Counted from the first letter of the stretch, positions 1 through 8,623 are shown. The stretch: DNA of 15,982 nt from Myxococcota bacterium (GCA_040752415.1 JBFMGU010000246.1:1-15982), one strand, 5' to 3'. Notes: a model not told the origin generated them from the sequence alone. Translations and numbers: made by a program.

Positions 1-156
1 CGGGGCGGGCGCGGCTTCCGCGGGAGGCGGCGCGGCGGGTTCCGGCTGCGCGGCGGGTGGGGGCTGCTCCCCCGCGGCAGCGGGCGCGGGCTGACCTTCC
101 GCCGGGACCTGGGCGGCGGTGGCAAGCCAGACAGCGGTGAGCAGGGAGAGATGCAT
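1..156 (-). CDS. Exported protein with signal peptide and Pro/Ala-rich linker (5' part only; runs off the left edge); third gene of the TPR operon
   Basis: Not in the ORF track; translated by hand from ATG at 156: MHLSLLTAVWLATAAQVPAEGQPAPAAAGEQPPPAAQPEPAAPPPAEAAPAP, open to base 1. Hydrophobic signal-like N-terminus; starts 20 bp after the stop of the 177..2576 gene. Confidence 0.8.
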   Translation of the reverse strand, partial: MHLSLLTAVWLATAAQVPAEGQPAPAAAGEQPPPAAQPEPAAPPPAEAAPAP

Positions 157-176
157 GGCGTCGCGTGGGCCTTGGT

Positions 177-2576
177 CTACTCGATGTCCCGGAGCACGTC
201 GGCGAACTCGTCATCCAGCGCCTTCAGCTCACTCTTCTGTTTGCGCACCAGCGTGGAGACGCTGTCGGTCTTCTCCTGCTTCTGCTGCCACGCCAGGTCA
301 ATGAGACCCACGTCCGCGCGCAGCACCACGTCGTAGAAGCGGTCCCGCACGCCCTTGAGCGCATTGTGCGTGAGGACCGCGGCCATCTCGCCGGCTTCGC
401 CCTCGTATGCGCCCACCTGCTGCTCGTATTCCATCACGCGTGTCCGCTCGAGCATGACGATGCCGCGCATCTCCGCGGCCTGCGCGTCCACCTGCCGCTT
501 GATGGACTTGTTGAACGCCGCCAGCCGGGTCCGCAGCTGCGCCGCGCGCTGACGGTTCTCGTCGATCTTGGGGAACATGGACGCAAACGCGGGGTCCACC
601 GCCTGACGCAGGCTGCGCGCGGTTTCCGCCTCCCGCTGCAGCGCGTCCATGTACTGCTCGCGGATGAGGCTCTCCTGGCTCCCGGCGCCGCCCGCCACCG
701 TGAGATTCTGCCGCTCTTCCCGCAAGGCCTCGCGCAGCTCCTTCTCGATGGCCAGCATCTGCTGCAGCGCGCCGTCCACCGCGCGGAGCTCACTGCGCCA
801 GTACTCCTCCTCCTGCGGATTGAGCTGGCCCTTCTGCTTCTTCTCCCGCACCACGGCGTCAATGGCGGCGATCTGGGCGCGCACGTTGTCGATGTCCAGC
901 TGCTGGCGGAAGAGCGTGCGCTCCACCTCCTGGATGCGGGAGCGGATGCGCGCCTGGCGCGTCTGCATGTCCTCGGAGGTCCGCGGCATGCTGACCAGCT
1001 TCTGCTCCAGCGCCTTCCGCGTCTCTCGCGCGGCGCGGTAGTTCCGACCCGGCGGCGCGTCGGCAATGGACCCGATGATGCGCGCCTCCAGGTCCGCCAC
1101 GCGCCCCTCCCACGCCAGCAGGTTGTTCTCGACGGAAAGCGAGCGCGCCCGTCCCTCCTGGAGCGCCGGGAAGATGTCCACGCTGTTGGGATTGTCCAGG
1201 ACCTTGAGGAGCTTGTCGGCCAGCTCGCGCGTTTCATCCACCTGCGCCTTGGTGGTGTCCAGGTCACGGTAGATGGTGAGCGCTTCCGCCACGCCCTCGT
1301 CATCCTGCGCCCACTGCTGCGCCAGCGGGTCCAGCACGCTGTCCACCGTCACGGTGCGTGCGTCGGAGCGCAACAGCGCATCCAGGATGGCCTCCGTGTT
1401 CCCGCGCGTGGCCATCTGCTGCTCCAGCGTCTTGAGCGTGGGGCCATAGTCGCCCACCACGGACTGGAAGGCCTGCTCGGCCTCGTCGTGCTTGCCCAGG
1501 CGCAACAGCAGGTTGCCGCGCAGGATGCGCACGTCGGATTCCAGGCGACGGTTGGTGTTGGCAATGAGCAACAGGTCCAGCGCCTGCAGCGCCTTCTGGT
1601 ATTCCGCGTCGGCCTTCTCGGGCTGTTCCTTGAAGCCCTGTCCGCGCTTCACGAACGTCCAGGCCACTTCGTAGAGCATTTCCGGGAAGTGCTTGGAGGT
1701 GTGATCAATCTCCTGGTACGCGTCGGCGCTCTCCGCCAGCTGCCCCATCTCGTAATACAGGCGGCCGCGCGCCATGTGCGAGAGCTCCTTGACCTCGGCA
1801 TCCTCGGGCGCAGCGTCGGGCGCGGCGGCCACTTCCGCAAAGCGCGCCACCGCCTCCTCCAGGAGACCCTTCTTCATCAGCACCACCGCGCGCAGATACA
1901 CCGAGCGCACGTGGTAGGTGTCTCCCGCCGGGACGCGGGCCAGCTCCAGCTCCGCGTCATCCAACCGCCCGCGACGCAGCAGCAGCTTCCCCCGCGCGTA
2001 CCGCACGGAGGGACGGATGTTTCCGCCGGCAATCACCTCGTAACGCGCGTAGACCTCGTCGAGGCCTTCGTAGTTCTCCAGGAGGCCGGCCAGCTCGATG
2101 AGTCGGACGATGGCGGCTTCGTTGTACCTGGAGGTGCTGCGCTCCGCGAGGAGGCGATAGTAGTTGCGCGCGCCGTAGCGGTAGCGCAGCGCGAAGAGGC
2201 TCTCCGCCAGCGTGAAGACCGCGTCGTCGTAGCCGGGACGGTCCTTGAAGTGGCCGCCCTCGACGATGTCAAAGAGCAGGATGGCGGCGCGCTCGTAGTT
2301 CTTGATGTCCTTGGAGCTCTCTCCCAGGGCAAAGAAGATCTGGCCTTCACCCAGACGCTGCTCGAAGGAGTTGGAGCCAAAGAGGTTGGGCGCGGTGGAA
2401 TACTGTTTCTCGACGAGCGCCACCGCGCCTTCCTGGTCGCGCATGGCGTTGTTGAGGAGCGCCAGGTCCTTCTCGACGGCCGCCAGGTTGCGCGGGGCCT
2501 GCGCTGCCGCCTGACCGGCCCAGAGGACCAGCAGGGTCAACGCAAACATCCCACGCGCCAGGCGGGCAGGATTCAC
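177..2576 (-). CDS. Exported tetratricopeptide-repeat (TPR) protein with long C-terminal coiled coil; Glt/Nfs-cluster-like
   Basis: 799 aa; signal peptide ending AAA-Q; TPR-like helices (RYARGKLLLRRGRLDDAELELARV, YLRAVVLMKKGLLEEAVARFAEV, MARGRLYYEMGQLAESADAYQEI, ILRGNLLLRLGKHDEAEQAFQSV); E/Q/R/L-rich helical C-terminal half. GTG start overlaps the upstream TGA (GTGA). Glt-like assignment is inference from architecture and context. Confidence 0.85.
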   Translation of the reverse strand: MNPARLARGMFALTLLVLWAGQAAAQAPRNLAAVEKDLALLNNAMRDQEGAVALVEKQYSTAPNLFGSNSFEQRLGEGQIFFALGESSKDIKNYERAAILLFDIVEGGHFKDRPGYDDAVFTLAESLFALRYRYGARNYYRLLAERSTSRYNEAAIVRLIELAGLLENYEGLDEVYARYEVIAGGNIRPSVRYARGKLLLRRGRLDDAELELARVPAGDTYHVRSVYLRAVVLMKKGLLEEAVARFAEVAAAPDAAPEDAEVKELSHMARGRLYYEMGQLAESADAYQEIDHTSKHFPEMLYEVAWTFVKRGQGFKEQPEKADAEYQKALQALDLLLIANTNRRLESDVRILRGNLLLRLGKHDEAEQAFQSVVGDYGPTLKTLEQQMATRGNTEAILDALLRSDARTVTVDSVLDPLAQQWAQDDEGVAEALTIYRDLDTTKAQVDETRELADKLLKVLDNPNSVDIFPALQEGRARSLSVENNLLAWEGRVADLEARIIGSIADAPPGRNYRAARETRKALEQKLVSMPRTSEDMQTRQARIRSRIQEVERTLFRQQLDIDNVRAQIAAIDAVVREKKQKGQLNPQEEEYWRSELRAVDGALQQMLAIEKELREALREERQNLTVAGGAGSQESLIREQYMDALQREAETARSLRQAVDPAFASMFPKIDENRQRAAQLRTRLAAFNKSIKRQVDAQAAEMRGIVMLERTRVMEYEQQVGAYEGEAGEMAAVLTHNALKGVRDRFYDVVLRADVGLIDLAWQQKQEKTDSVSTLVRKQKSELKALDDEFADVLRDIE

Positions 2577-3409
2577 TTGGCGCCTCCGCCGCCGGCCCCC
2601 GCACCCGACGGGGCCGCACCCGCGCCATCCGTCTTGGGCTTCTGCAGCGCGCGGACCTCCATGTCGTAGCGGACGGTGGGCCGGTCCTTCATCTCGGTGG
2701 TGACGTTGCCCTGCTCATAGGCCACCACCTTGATGACCACCTCCTTGCCTTCCTCCGCCGTGAAGGTGTGGCTGCTGCGGATCTTGAACTGGTATCCGTC
2801 GAGGTAGCTGAACACGCCGTAGCCGCTGCCCTGGTAGACCAGGTTCACCGTGATCTGGTGGTTGCCGGGGAGGATGGAGCCGTCAAAGAGGTCGAACTCG
2901 TCCTTCTTGGCGAGGCCGTCACCCGTCTCATCCAGCTCCTGCCGGAGCGGCGCTCCGTCGAGGAAGTAGTGGATTTCACGCAGCTTGAAGCTGGCGCCCA
3001 TCTCATTGCGGTGGATGATGCGCGCCTTGGCACCGCTGGTCACGCCGCCAACAACGGCCTCCTGGAGCTGCGCGAGACGCTGCTTGGAGCGGAAGATGCG
3101 CTCCTTCAGCTCGTTGACGCGCTCCTCCAGCGTCTTGATCTTGAGCTCATAGGCCTCATCCGCGGTCTTGAGGCCGGTGTCCGCGCCGGGAGCGGGTGCG
3201 GGTGTGCCCTCCGCGGGGGCGGGCGCGGGGCTCGTCGGGGGAGCGGCCTCCGCGGGAGGAGCGGCAGGCGCAGCAGGCGCGGCGGCGGGTGCCGGCTCCG
3301 ACGGAGCGGCGGCGGGTGCCGGCTGTCCCTGCGCCCACGCCCACAGCGGGCAAGCCAAGGCCGCAACCAGCCCAGCGCGGCGCCACAAGTGCGTCTTCAT
3401 CCGACCCAT
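2573..3409 (-). CDS. Exported protein: signal peptide, Pro/Ala linker, short coiled coil, beta-rich C-terminal domain; function unknown
   Basis: 278 aa; GGAGG 5 nt before ATG 3409; signal ending AWA-Q; coiled coil YELKIKTLEERVNELKERIFRSKQRLAQLQE; alternating beta-strand pattern (HQITVNLVYQG, YQFKIRSSHTF, EVVIKVVAYEQG). Confidence 0.85.
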   Translation of the reverse strand: MGRMKTHLWRRAGLVAALACPLWAWAQGQPAPAAAPSEPAPAAAPAAPAAPPAEAAPPTSPAPAPAEGTPAPAPGADTGLKTADEAYELKIKTLEERVNELKERIFRSKQRLAQLQEAVVGGVTSGAKARIIHRNEMGASFKLREIHYFLDGAPLRQELDETGDGLAKKDEFDLFDGSILPGNHQITVNLVYQGSGYGVFSYLDGYQFKIRSSHTFTAEEGKEVVIKVVAYEQGNVTTEMKDRPTVRYDMEVRALQKPKTDGAGAAPSGAGAGGGGAK

Positions 3410-3463
3410 GGTGGCCTCCGGGCCCCGCCGTACAAACGGAGTCCAGGCATCATTGAAGCGGCC

Positions 3464-3493
3464 GGTTTACCACCCGCCTGCCACGGGTGTCAA
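3464..3493 (-). promoter_or_regulatory. Candidate sigma70 promoter for the TPR operon
   Basis: Minus strand reads TTGACA (3493-3488), 18 nt spacer ending TGG, then TAAACC (3469-3464): perfect -35 plus extended -10-like element, with an AT-rich tract upstream (about 3494-3566). Confidence 0.6.
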
Positions 3494-3507
3494 AACGCAA
3501 TTCCGTC

Positions 3508-3521
3508 ATCAACCCGTTGAT
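3508..3521. promoter_or_regulatory. Inverted repeat ATCAAC-N2-GTTGAT, candidate transcription-factor operator
   Basis: Perfect 6-bp arms, 14 bp upstream of the predicted -35 element in an AT-rich intergenic region. Confidence 0.4.
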
Positions 3522-3645
3522 ACATCAGGGAAAATTCAGAATTCACCAACACGCCAAATCATCAAACGGGCGGGTGCCAGCCCGGGGTGCGTCCCGCGGT
3601 GGTCCGTTGGTTCGTTCTGGATACGGGTACGAGGAAGAAGTCGGC

Positions 3646-4236
3646 TCAGGCGCCGCCCTTCTTGAGCTCCTGGAGAACCAGCTTGGCAATGGCCTTCAGG
3701 GTGTCGAACACGCCCACGCCGGTGGTGGCGGTGGCCTGGAAGTCCGGGACGCCGCGCGGGTTCAGCAGGCGCTTGAGCTCTTCCACGGTGGCGGCGTTGG
3801 GCAGGTCCCGCTTGTTGTACTGGACCACGTAGGGGACCTTGTCCAGGTCATAGCCCTGCTCCGCCAGGTTCACGCGCAGGTTCTCCACGGATTCCAGGTT
3901 GGCTTCCATGCGCTCAATCTGGCTGTCCGCCACGAACACCACGCCGTCCACGCCCTTGAGGATGAGCTTGCGGGATGCGTCGTAGAAGACCTGACCGGGG
4001 ACCGTGTAGAGGTGGAAGCGCGTCTTGAACCCGCGGATTTCACCGAGCGAGAGCGGCAGGAAGTCAAAGAACAGCGTGCGCTCGGTCTCGGTGGCGAGGG
4101 AGATCATCTTCCCTTTCGCCTCGGGGTTCGTCTTGTTGTAGACGTATTGCAGGTTGGTGGTCTTCCCACACAGACCGGGGCCGTAATAGACGATCTTGCA
4201 GTTGATCTCTCGGGATGAGTAATTGATGAAAGACAT
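3646..4236 (-). CDS. mglA: MglA, Ras-like small GTPase (gliding motility / cell polarity)
   Basis: 196 aa starting [30 protein letters not shown]1 GPGLCGKT, switch I ERTLFFDF with the intrinsic Arg, G3 TVPGQ, G4 NKRD; recognisably very close to Myxococcus MglA; downstream of mglB. Confidence 0.98.
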   Translation of the reverse strand: MSFINYSSREINCKIVYYGPGLCGKTTNLQYVYNKTNPEAKGKMISLATETERTLFFDFLPLSLGEIRGFKTRFHLYTVPGQVFYDASRKLILKGVDGVVFVADSQIERMEANLESVENLRVNLAEQGYDLDKVPYVVQYNKRDLPNAATVEELKRLLNPRGVPDFQATATTGVGVFDTLKAIAKLVLQELKKGGA

Positions 4237-4294
4237 GGCGTCCCTGGCTTCCTGACGTCTTCAAGTCCCATCCCGACGGCACGGGCACTCTGAG

Positions 4295-4777
4295 TCATTC
4301 AGAGAACAGACTGTCGATATCCTCGTCACTGATTTCCGCAAATGGCGTACCGCCGCCGCCCGGCTGCTCGGCCTTCTTCTGCAGCTGGATGAAGATGTTG
4401 GCCAATTCCTCACTGGCCTTCTTGACCCGGAGACGCACCAGCCCGAGGGAGCTGCGCTGATCAAAGATGACCACCAGGATCACGCGCCCGGCCACGATGC
4501 TGATGTGGAGGTTGTCCCGCTCTCCCTCGTGGAAGATCTGGGAGAACTCCTTCTCGTTGATCAGCTTGGCAATGCCACCGGTGGCGGCAATGTTGCCCGC
4601 GGTGAGCGAGGCGAGGCTGGTGGTGTCCAGGTTGGCCGTCTCACCCGTGGACGCAATCAGCTGACCATTCTTGTCAACCAGGAACACGACCTTGGCGTTG
4701 GCGGCCTTGGTGAGATCCTGGCAGACGCGAGTGATCTGCTGGAACTCCTGCTCATACATCACCGTCTGGGAGCTCAT
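4295..4777 (-). CDS. mglB: MglB, Roadblock/LC7-family GTPase-activating protein for MglA
   Basis: 160 aa from ATG 4777 (AAGGA upstream); ANAKVVFLVDKNGQLI, DTTSLASLTAGN, SLGLVRLR and the C-terminal PFAEISDEDIDSLFSE match myxobacterial MglB. The ORF-track start at 4825 is probably too far upstream. Confidence 0.97.
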   Translation of the reverse strand: MSSQTVMYEQEFQQITRVCQDLTKAANAKVVFLVDKNGQLIASTGETANLDTTSLASLTAGNIAATGGIAKLINEKEFSQIFHEGERDNLHISIVAGRVILVVIFDQRSSLGLVRLRVKKASEELANIFIQLQKKAEQPGGGGTPFAEISDEDIDSLFSE

Positions 4778-4864
4778 GCCCTGGATCCTTGTTGCTCCCG
4801 TGGGACCTTGAGACTGGTGGCCCACACAGCGACCGCGAGGTGAAAGGTCATTGGAAGAGCCCGT

Positions 4865-4892
4865 CTACTAGCACAGCCGGACCGCCTGTCAA
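4865..4892 (-). promoter_or_regulatory. Candidate sigma70 promoter for mglBA
   Basis: TTGACA (4892-4887), 16 nt spacer ending TGC, TAGTAG (4870-4865); an alternative -10 TAGACG lies 3 nt further. The -35 is perfect, the -10 is imperfect. Confidence 0.5.
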
Positions 4893-4990
4893 CGCAAGAT
4901 CGTTCGGCGCGGGTGGCGTGTGGGCGGAGGCTGTGCCGCGGGCGGTGGACTTGCAGCGGGGACGGGAGGCGTGGAAAAGGCACGCCGCCC

Positions 4991-5722
4991 ATGAATGCCA
5001 CACCCATGACAAACCCCATCGTGCTCTCGGTGGTGATCCCCGTCTACAACGAGAAGAACACGCTCCAGACGCTGGTGGAGCGCGTGCGCAGCGCACCCAT
5101 TGGTGAGCGCAACCGCAAGGAGATCATCCTGGTGGATGACGGCAGCAGCGACGGAAGCCGCGAGATTGCGGCCGCGCTGGCGGAGAAGTACCCGGACGTC
5201 ATCCGCTTCTGCCCGCAGCCGCAGAACATGGGCAAGGGCGCGGCGCTGCGTCGCGGCTTCGAGGAGGCCAGCGGCGACGTGGTGGTGGTCCAGGACGCGG
5301 ACCTGGAGTACGACCCGCACGAGTACCAGGTCATGCTGGCGCCCATCCTCGAGGGAAAGGCGGACGTGGTCTACGGCAGCCGCTTCCTCTCCGGTCCGCA
5401 CCGCGTGCTGTATTTCTGGCACAGCGTGGGCAACAAGGTCTTCACCACGTTCAGCAACATGATGACCGACCTGAACCTGACGGACATGGAGACCTGCTAC
5501 AAGATGTTCCGCACGTCGGTGATCAAGAGCATCAAGCTGGAGTCCAACCGCTTCGGGTTTGAGCCGGAGGTCACCGCCAAGCTGGCGCGCATCCCGGGCA
5601 TCCGCATCTTCGAGGTGCCGGTCAGCTACAACGGCCGCACCTACGAGGAAGGCAAGAAGATCGGCTGGAAGGACGGCGTGGCGGCGATGTGGTGGATTGC
5701 CAAGTACAACCTCAAGCGCTGA
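4991..5722 (+). CDS. Glycosyltransferase family 2, DPM1-like polyprenyl-phosphate glycosyltransferase
   Basis: [41 protein letters not shown] (DxD), [39 protein letters not shown]. Start is ATG 4991 or ATG 5006. Confidence 0.93.
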   Translation: MNATPMTNPIVLSVVIPVYNEKNTLQTLVERVRSAPIGERNRKEIILVDDGSSDGSREIAAALAEKYPDVIRFCPQPQNMGKGAALRRGFEEASGDVVVVQDADLEYDPHEYQVMLAPILEGKADVVYGSRFLSGPHRVLYFWHSVGNKVFTTFSNMMTDLNLTDMETCYKMFRTSVIKSIKLESNRFGFEPEVTAKLARIPGIRIFEVPVSYNGRTYEEGKKIGWKDGVAAMWWIAKYNLKR

Positions 5723-5726
5723 GACG

Positions 5727-7526
5727 TCAGTAGCCGGCGGGAACTCCGTCGCCACGAGGGTCGGAGGCGCCCTGCAGCTCCGCCCCCTCCACCGCCACCG
5801 CGGTGGCATTGCCCCACAACCCGCCACCCTTGAGCGTGTGCCCGCGCGCGAACAGTCCGCGACGCACATCGGGGGGAAGGCTGTCCTCCTCATAACGCAA
5901 GGCGTCCGGCAGCCACTGGTGGTGCACGCGGGGATGGGCCACCGCGGCGGCCACGTCGTCGCCAAAGTCCACCATGTTCATGATGACCTGCAACACCGTG
6001 GTGATGATGGTGCTGCCGCCGGGCGCGCCCACCACCAGCCGCAGCTGCCCCGGCTCCGGCACCGCCAGGGCGGGTTGCTCGACGCCGTCCACGGTGGTGG
6101 GCGTGCCGGTGAACAGCAGCGTGGGCGTCATGGAGCTGAGCGGGATCTTGGTGGGCGCAATGGCGTTGGCCTCGCCACCAACCAGGCCGTAGGCGTTGGG
6201 CTGGCCGGGCGCGGCGGAGAAGTCGTCCATCTCGTTGTTGAGCAGGATGCCGGTGCCGCGCACCACCGCGCCGCTGCCCATGCCGGTGTTGATGGTGAAG
6301 GTCAGCGCCACCGCGTTGCGCTCGCCGTCGACGATGGAGAGGTGCGCGGTGTTGGGGCTGTTGGTGAAGCTGGCGGCAGGCACGGGGCCCGCGGGACGGC
6401 GTCCGCCCGACGTGAAGGGCCAGGGATCCCCCGCCTGCAGCTCCGGCAGCGGCCGCGCGAGCTGGGGCGAGAACGAGCTCCAGCGCACCGCGAGGTAGCC
6501 GGGCGAGAGCAGTCCGTCGACGGGAACGTCCACGAACGCGGGGTCGCCGAGCCAGGTGGCGCGGTCCGCGTACGCCCGGCGCATGGCCTCCGCCACGACG
6601 TGGAGATGCGCCGTCGACCCGCGCCCGAGCGTCCGCACGTCGACGGCGGAGAGGAGCTGCAGCATCTGCAGCAGGTGCACGCCGCCACTGCTGGGAGGCG
6701 GGAAGCTCACCACGGTGTGGCCGCGGTAGACGCCGGACAGGGGACGACGCCACACCGGCTTGTACGCCGCCAGGTCCTCCAGCGTGATGAGACCGCCCTG
6801 CTCTTCCATGTCGGAGGCGATGGCCCGCGCGATGTCACCGGAATAGAAACCGGCCGCGCCCTCCTCCTGCACGGTGCGCAGCGTGTCGGCGAGGTCGCGC
6901 TGGATGAGGAGGTCACCCACGTCGTAGGGCACGCCGCGCTTGAGGAAGATGGACGCGCTCTCCGGGTAGCGCTTCAGCACCTCCAGCCGGTCCTGCAGCG
7001 CCTGGTTGAGCCGCCTCCCGACGAGAAACCCCTCCTCCGCGAGCTTGATGGCCGGCGCCACCACCTCGCGCCACGGCAGCTTCCCGCCGGCGCGGTGCAG
7101 CTCCTCCAGCCCCGCCACCGTGCCCGGGACCGCCACCGCGAGGTAACCGTCCGTCGACACGTCCGGCACCACGTTGCCGCGGCTGTCCTGGTACATGTGC
7201 GCGGTAGCGCCAAGCGGCGCGCGCTCCCGGAAGTCCAGGGCACGCACGGTGTGGTCCGCGGCGCGGTACCACAGCGCGAATCCTCCGCCGCCAATGCCCG
7301 CGCTCTGCGGGTCCACCACGCCCACCGCCAGCGTCACCGCCACCGCGGCGTCCACGGCGTTGCCGCCCTTGCGCATGATCTCCACGCCCGCGGCACTGGC
7401 CAGCGCGTGACTGGAGGCCACCATCCCCCGACGCGCGGTCAGGGGCGCGCGCGCCGCGGCGATCAGCAGCGCCGGGAAGAACAGGCCCGCAAGCAGCGCG
7501 AGCGTAATCCGTCGACGGGAGCTCAC
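5727..7526 (-). CDS. ggt: Gamma-glutamyltransferase (glutathione hydrolase), exported
   Basis: GGNAVDAAVA, SAGIGGGGF, DFRERAP, VAVPGTVAG, PPPSSGG, autocleavage Thr in N-TAHLSIVD, GILLNNEMDDF, PLSSMTP, GAPGGSTII, SDPR. N-terminal signal; GTG overlaps the upstream TGA. Confidence 0.96.
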   Translation of the reverse strand: MSSRRRITLALLAGLFFPALLIAAARAPLTARRGMVASSHALASAAGVEIMRKGGNAVDAAVAVTLAVGVVDPQSAGIGGGGFALWYRAADHTVRALDFRERAPLGATAHMYQDSRGNVVPDVSTDGYLAVAVPGTVAGLEELHRAGGKLPWREVVAPAIKLAEEGFLVGRRLNQALQDRLEVLKRYPESASIFLKRGVPYDVGDLLIQRDLADTLRTVQEEGAAGFYSGDIARAIASDMEEQGGLITLEDLAAYKPVWRRPLSGVYRGHTVVSFPPPSSGGVHLLQMLQLLSAVDVRTLGRGSTAHLHVVAEAMRRAYADRATWLGDPAFVDVPVDGLLSPGYLAVRWSSFSPQLARPLPELQAGDPWPFTSGGRRPAGPVPAASFTNSPNTAHLSIVDGERNAVALTFTINTGMGSGAVVRGTGILLNNEMDDFSAAPGQPNAYGLVGGEANAIAPTKIPLSSMTPTLLFTGTPTTVDGVEQPALAVPEPGQLRLVVGAPGGSTIITTVLQVIMNMVDFGDDVAAAVAHPRVHHQWLPDALRYEEDSLPPDVRRGLFARGHTLKGGGLWGNATAVAVEGAELQGASDPRGDGVPAGY

Positions 7527-8623
7527 TGGGCCTGGGCGCGCATGCGCTTGAGCTTCTTGATGGCGTGCTCGACGGGCTGCTGCGCGCGGGTGTCGGTGAC
7601 GCGCGGCAGGGTCTCCTCCAGCTTGGGAATGGATTGCACGCTGCCCATGTCCGCCAGTGCCAACGCCGCGGTGCCCTGGATGTAGGGGTCCGGGTCGGCG
7701 AGGAACTCCTCCATGGCGGACGCGGCGCGCGGATCCCCGACGACACCGAGGAGCCGGATGGCGCGCGCGCGCAGCTGCTTGTCCGGCGCGCTGCGGGCCT
7801 GTTGGATGAGGTCGGTGAGGTTGATGAGCGGGCGGAGGCGCTCCAGGGAGCGACGGATCTCCACGCGCACGCGCTCCTGCTCACCCACGCGGTCATACGC
7901 GCTGGCCAACGCCTCCACCGCGCGCACGTCCTGGCGTGGTCCCAGCAGACGGGCCGCCTCCGCGCGCACCCCGGCGTCGTCGTGCTTGAGGGCGCCAATG
8001 AGGATGGGCACGGCCTTGTCGGTGGGAAGGTCCGCCAGGGCCTGCGCGCTGGCGTCGCGGATGTTGGCCTCGTCGCCGAGGGCGCGGACCAGCACGTCAA
8101 TGGCGGCCTGGTCTCCGGTGCGGGCCAGGTCACCCAGGCGCGTCACCGCCACGCGGCGCTGATCCGGGCTGCCTTCCCGGCTGTAGCGCACCAGCGTGTC
8201 GAAGTTGCGGCGCGCATCCAGGCGGCCCACACCCTTGGCGGCGGAGTCGCGCACCATGGGCTCGCTCTCCAGCAGCGCGGCGAACAGCGGCTCGATGGCG
8301 CGGTCATCCCCCAGCGCCCCCAGCGAGGCCGCCGCGGCGGCGCGGACCACGAAGTGCTCGTCGTACTCCATGGCGCGGATGAGCGGCTGCACCGCCTGCG
8401 GACCGCCCATGCGCCCGAGGAGGACCGCGGCCTGCGCACGGACCTTGTAGCTCTCGCTGGTGGCCAGGCGCTCCATCAGCATCTCGACGGCGCGCTCCTG
8501 GTCGACGACACCGGAGGCGGGCGTGACCTCGTCCTGGGCATCATCCTGGGCGAGGACGGGACCAACAGCGAGCAACCACGCCAACATCGCGAGGCGAAAG
8601 CGGGCTATGGGCAGCGTGCGCAT
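7523..8623 (-). CDS. Exported HEAT/PBS-lyase-repeat protein
   Basis: Repeated VRxxAAxxLGxxG...AVxPLxxAL units (VRAQAAVLLGRMG, VRAAAAASLGALG, VRAEAARLLGPRQ, LRARAIRLLGVVG); signal peptide ending VLA-Q. Start ATG 8623 preferred, GTG 8641 possible. Confidence 0.9.
   Translation of the reverse strand: MRTLPIARFRLAMLAWLLAVGPVLAQDDAQDEVTPASGVVDQERAVEMLMERLATSESYKVRAQAAVLLGRMGGPQAVQPLIRAMEYDEHFVVRAAAAASLGALGDDRAIEPLFAALLESEPMVRDSAAKGVGRLDARRNFDTLVRYSREGSPDQRRVAVTRLGDLARTGDQAAIDVLVRALGDEANIRDASAQALADLPTDKAVPILIGALKHDDAGVRAEAARLLGPRQDVRAVEALASAYDRVGEQERVRVEIRRSLERLRPLINLTDLIQQARSAPDKQLRARAIRLLGVVGDPRAASAMEEFLADPDPYIQGTAALALADMGSVQSIPKLEETLPRVTDTRAQQPVEHAIKKLKRMRAQAQ

Noticed and set aside
165..2669. 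834-aa plus-strand ORF
   Set aside because: Antisense shadow of the TPR gene; His/Leu/Val-rich composition typical of the reverse frame of high-GC3 genes, with no motifs.
3180..3330. Pro/Ala-rich GC tracts (also 1-110, 11730-11940, 14900-14990, 15901-15982) that look like DNA repeats or dehydrogenase E2 linkers
   Set aside because: They are in-frame low-complexity linkers; no regular repeat-spacer structure (not CRISPR) and no lipoyl or acyltransferase domain.
3570..3597. Possible terminator hairpin after mglA (GCGGG...CCCGC followed by a partly T-rich tract on the minus strand)
   Set aside because: Only a 5-bp clean stem and an interrupted U-tract; too weak to call.
6340..6350. GGT small subunit starts T-A-H rather than the T-T-H of E. 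coli
   Set aside because: The nucleophilic Thr is retained and TAH is a known natural variant (e.g. mammalian GGT1); no sign of inactivation.
7490..7526. Possible Tat signal (SRRR) on GGT
   Set aside because: Lacks the x-F-L consensus after the twin arginines; a Sec signal with a basic n-region is equally plausible.
5559..7685. 708-aa plus-strand ORF (also 7565..8638, 9481..11109 and 3487..4218)
   Set aside because: Antisense shadows of ggt, the HEAT gene, the polymerase and mglA, each of which has clear family motifs on the other strand.
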